Part shown: positions 62,292-64,000 of the stretch, piece after piece
How positions within the stretch are numbered: the first letter of the stretch is position 1
Layout: each line of letters begins with the position of its first letter
Assembly (NCBI GenBank): GCA_964371335.1
Contig: CAYJMC010000005.1
Coordinates: forward strand, 3,418 to 67,417
DNA: 64,000 bases
Direction of reading: 5' to 3'
Source of the DNA: an uncultured Anaerolineaceae bacterium
GTDB taxonomy: Bacteria; Chloroflexota; Anaerolineae; Anaerolineales; UBA11579
The notes under the pieces: generated by a model
What the model was told of the DNA's origin: nothing
Database searches by the model: none
What the model saw: only the letters and a program-made list of their open reading frames with translations
Program-made: the position numbers and the translations under genes

Positions 62292-63089
62292 ATGTCCAAG
62301 CGAGCCTCGATTTCAAGCATCATTGCGGGGTTAATCTTAGGTTTGCTTGTATTGGGTTGTTTCTTTATTGGAGACGGGAAGTTGATCCTTTTTCCTAAAG
62401 ATCGAACGGATGTCAATTCAATTCGCCAACTAATGTTAACCAGCCATGCAAATTGGTCTTCGCTGGAAGGGGAAGCGGTGACCACTTGGTATCTATCAGA
62501 TGGCGAAGAGCTGGTAACGGTCAGCGAGTTTGCCATTACAAACCCCGATAAATCTCGGTTTGTGATGCCGTCGATCGGGCTCGTTTGGATAAGTGACGGG
62601 CGAAAATATTTTTGAAATCAACAACAATGATCGACTTATACGAAATATGGTCAACCAGATATCGAGGAAGCTCTTTCTAGACTGCCGACCAATTTAGGCG
62701 ATACCCAAAATGAGATCTACAGATATCCCTTAGCCATGTGGGCGCCATCGCCAATCGCGGACTACATTTATCCAACGGGCTTAGCACAAAGAGTGGGCGA
62801 ATACGAATTGTTAGCTAAAGATTCGTTATTAGACAGAAAAGTATGGGTAATAACTTATCAACTAAAAAATGATGTGGGGGATATTACGATGAACGCTAAG
62901 TTTTGGGTTGACCAAGAGTTGGGTTTAATCCTTAAAGCCGAAGTTTACAGCACAGATGTGAACATGCTCGGCAAACTTATTGAGGAAACAATGTTTCAGC
63001 GAATCGAGATCAATCCTGCAATTCCAGATGATATTTTCTCGCCATCATTGAACGGATATAAAAAAGTCGAGGTTGAGCAAGGCAACTAG
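62292..63089 (+). pseudogene. LolA-fold / DUF4367-like membrane-anchored protein gene interrupted by two in-frame TGA codons
   Basis: ORFs 62292..62615 and 62736..63089 share one frame. The only interruptions are TGA at 62613-62615 and 62628-62630 (...RKYF*NQQQ*STYTKYGQPD...). N-terminal TM anchor, and a C-terminal FWVDQELGLILKAEVY...IFSPSL LolA-like pattern. AT-rich. Confidence 0.65.
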
Positions 63090-63145
63090 CCCACAAGCAG
63101 GCTGGCAATTGATAAATGATTTGCTCAGCCCACAAGGCAGCGAGA

Positions 63146-63643
63146 TTATGGATTGGACTTTTCCAAATGGAGGATAGAGAAAGGGTAATCGTTTTTGGGC
63201 CCTGCGGGGAAATCCAGGCGGGAGCTTTCTTTCCATTGGGAGCGATCGAATACAGGAAAGAAGGTGTCGGCGCCGGCATCGGCGCGGACTTCGGTGTAGT
63301 AGATGTGATTCGCGAATGGCAGCGCCTGGGCGAATACTTGTGCGCCACCGATGATAAAGAGTTCGGCCTCACCGGCATCCTGGGCGAATTTGATGCCGGC
63401 TTCCAGCGAGGAAACGATTTTGACGTCCGGCGCCAGGAGGCCTGTGGAACGCGAGAGCACGATCAGTTTGCGACCGGGCATCTTCCCCTGAGAACTTTCG
63501 TAGGTTTTGCGGCCCATGAGGACATGATGGCCTATGGTGAGGCGGCGGAAATGCTTGAGGTCATCGGAGAGGTGCCAGGGGAGACGGTTGTCGCGGCCGA
63601 TGCCGCCTTTTTGGTCGACGGCGGCGACGATGGAGATCAGCAT
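63146..63643 (-). CDS. folA: Dihydrofolate reductase
   Basis: IGRDNRLPWHL, LMGRKTYES and FIIGGAQVF motifs. Confidence 0.92.
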   Translation of the reverse strand: MLISIVAAVDQKGGIGRDNRLPWHLSDDLKHFRRLTIGHHVLMGRKTYESSQGKMPGRKLIVLSRSTGLLAPDVKIVSSLEAGIKFAQDAGEAELFIIGGAQVFAQALPFANHIYYTEVRADAGADTFFPVFDRSQWKESSRLDFPAGPKNDYPFSILHLEKSNP

Positions 63644-63717
63644 GCAGGTTCCCTTTTTGTAACCTTGCGACGGCTTAAGGACAAAAGAGGTTCGACTTCG
63701 TCTAACCTTCGCAAGGT

Positions 63718-64000
63718 TTACACCGCGACCCGGGCTTTGATGTGGGGGTGAGCTTGGTAGTTGAGCAAGGTGAAATCGTCATAATCAAAATCGAAGAGGG
63801 AATTCACTGCGGGATTTAACTGCATACCCGGCAGGGGATGTGGTTCCCGGGCAAGCTGCATCTTGGCCTGTTCGAAGTGATTGATGTAAAGGTGCGCGTC
63901 GCCGAGGCTGATAATAAACGTTCCAGGTTTAAGGTTACAGGTCTGGGACATCATGAGCGTGAGCAATGCATAGGATGCGATGTTAAAGGGGAGCCCGAGG
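63718..64000 (-). CDS. thyA: Thymidylate synthase, 3' part only (gene continues beyond window end)
   Basis: The frame is open to nt 64000 and reads ...[19 protein letters not shown]...LGDAHLY...KARVAV, typical of the ThyA C-terminal half. Confidence 0.9.
   Translation of the reverse strand, partial: LGLPFNIASYALLTLMMSQTCNLKPGTFIISLGDAHLYINHFEQAKMQLAREPHPLPGMQLNPAVNSLFDFDYDDFTLLNYQAHPHIKARVAV

Noticed and set aside
62613-62630. Selenocysteine as the explanation for the two in-frame TGA codons
   Set aside because: Two Sec residues five codons apart in a LolA-like periplasmic protein would be unprecedented. I see no convincing SECIS-type hairpin immediately downstream, and no sel genes lie nearby.
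1-64000. CRISPR arrays, prophage, IS elements or integrative elements
   Set aside because: I saw no regularly spaced direct repeats and no integrase, transposase, recombinase, capsid or terminase-like translations. The AT-rich patches lack recognisable mobility genes, so I describe them only as compositional islands.

Overview
High-GC bacterial chromosomal segment (GC judged by eye, not computed). It has about 65 protein-coding genes and no rRNA, tRNA, CRISPR array, transposase or integrase that I can recognise. Gene content and regulatory style suggest a Chloroflexota- or Actinomycetota-like organism; this taxon call is inference only. The supporting signals are a T-box leader, Rex, an actinobacterial-type Zur box, a PPOX/F420-family gene, the SCO1664/DUF3090/phosphomutase trio, a MalT-type LuxR regulator, many lipoproteins and leaderless-looking starts. 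Most of the window is housekeeping. Recognisable genes include queG, zur-znuACB, pcm, mutY, a glycosyltransferase cluster, lpd plus an E2, hutU, ugd, dtd, rnhB, nadD, obg, rex, rarA, trpS, nhaA, a heterodimeric ABC exporter pair, folA and thyA. The accessory-looking part lies at about 40.5-47.3 kb, and three patches there and further on are visibly AT-richer than their surroundings. The first patch (40.5-41.3 kb) is a small-protein plus minimal-nucleotidyltransferase pair translationally coupled into rarA. The second (45.9-47.3 kb) is a two-gene island bracketed by a 16-nt direct repeat, and the third (62.3-63.1 kb) is a LolA-like gene with two in-frame TGA codons. My best candidate for an undescribed system is the operon at 41.9-43.8 kb. 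It encodes a DEDDh 3'-5' exonuclease and a 442-aa protein carrying a canonical Pol-beta nucleotidyltransferase motif, and a large imperfect palindrome sits over its promoter. Other points worth follow-up are listed here. An E1-less operon couples a membrane HdrD/DsrMK-like CCG Fe-S oxidoreductase to a lipoyl-E2 and E3. The phosphomutase/DUF3090/PI3-4-kinase-like trio has a kinase gene that lacks a canonical start codon. A UGG T-box drives a TrpRS whose KMSKS loop reads IMHNS. Duplication scars flank the ABC exporter genes. A dispersed G-tract GGGATGA-type element recurs in the window. All family assignments come from motifs read in the supplied translations; no database search was possible.
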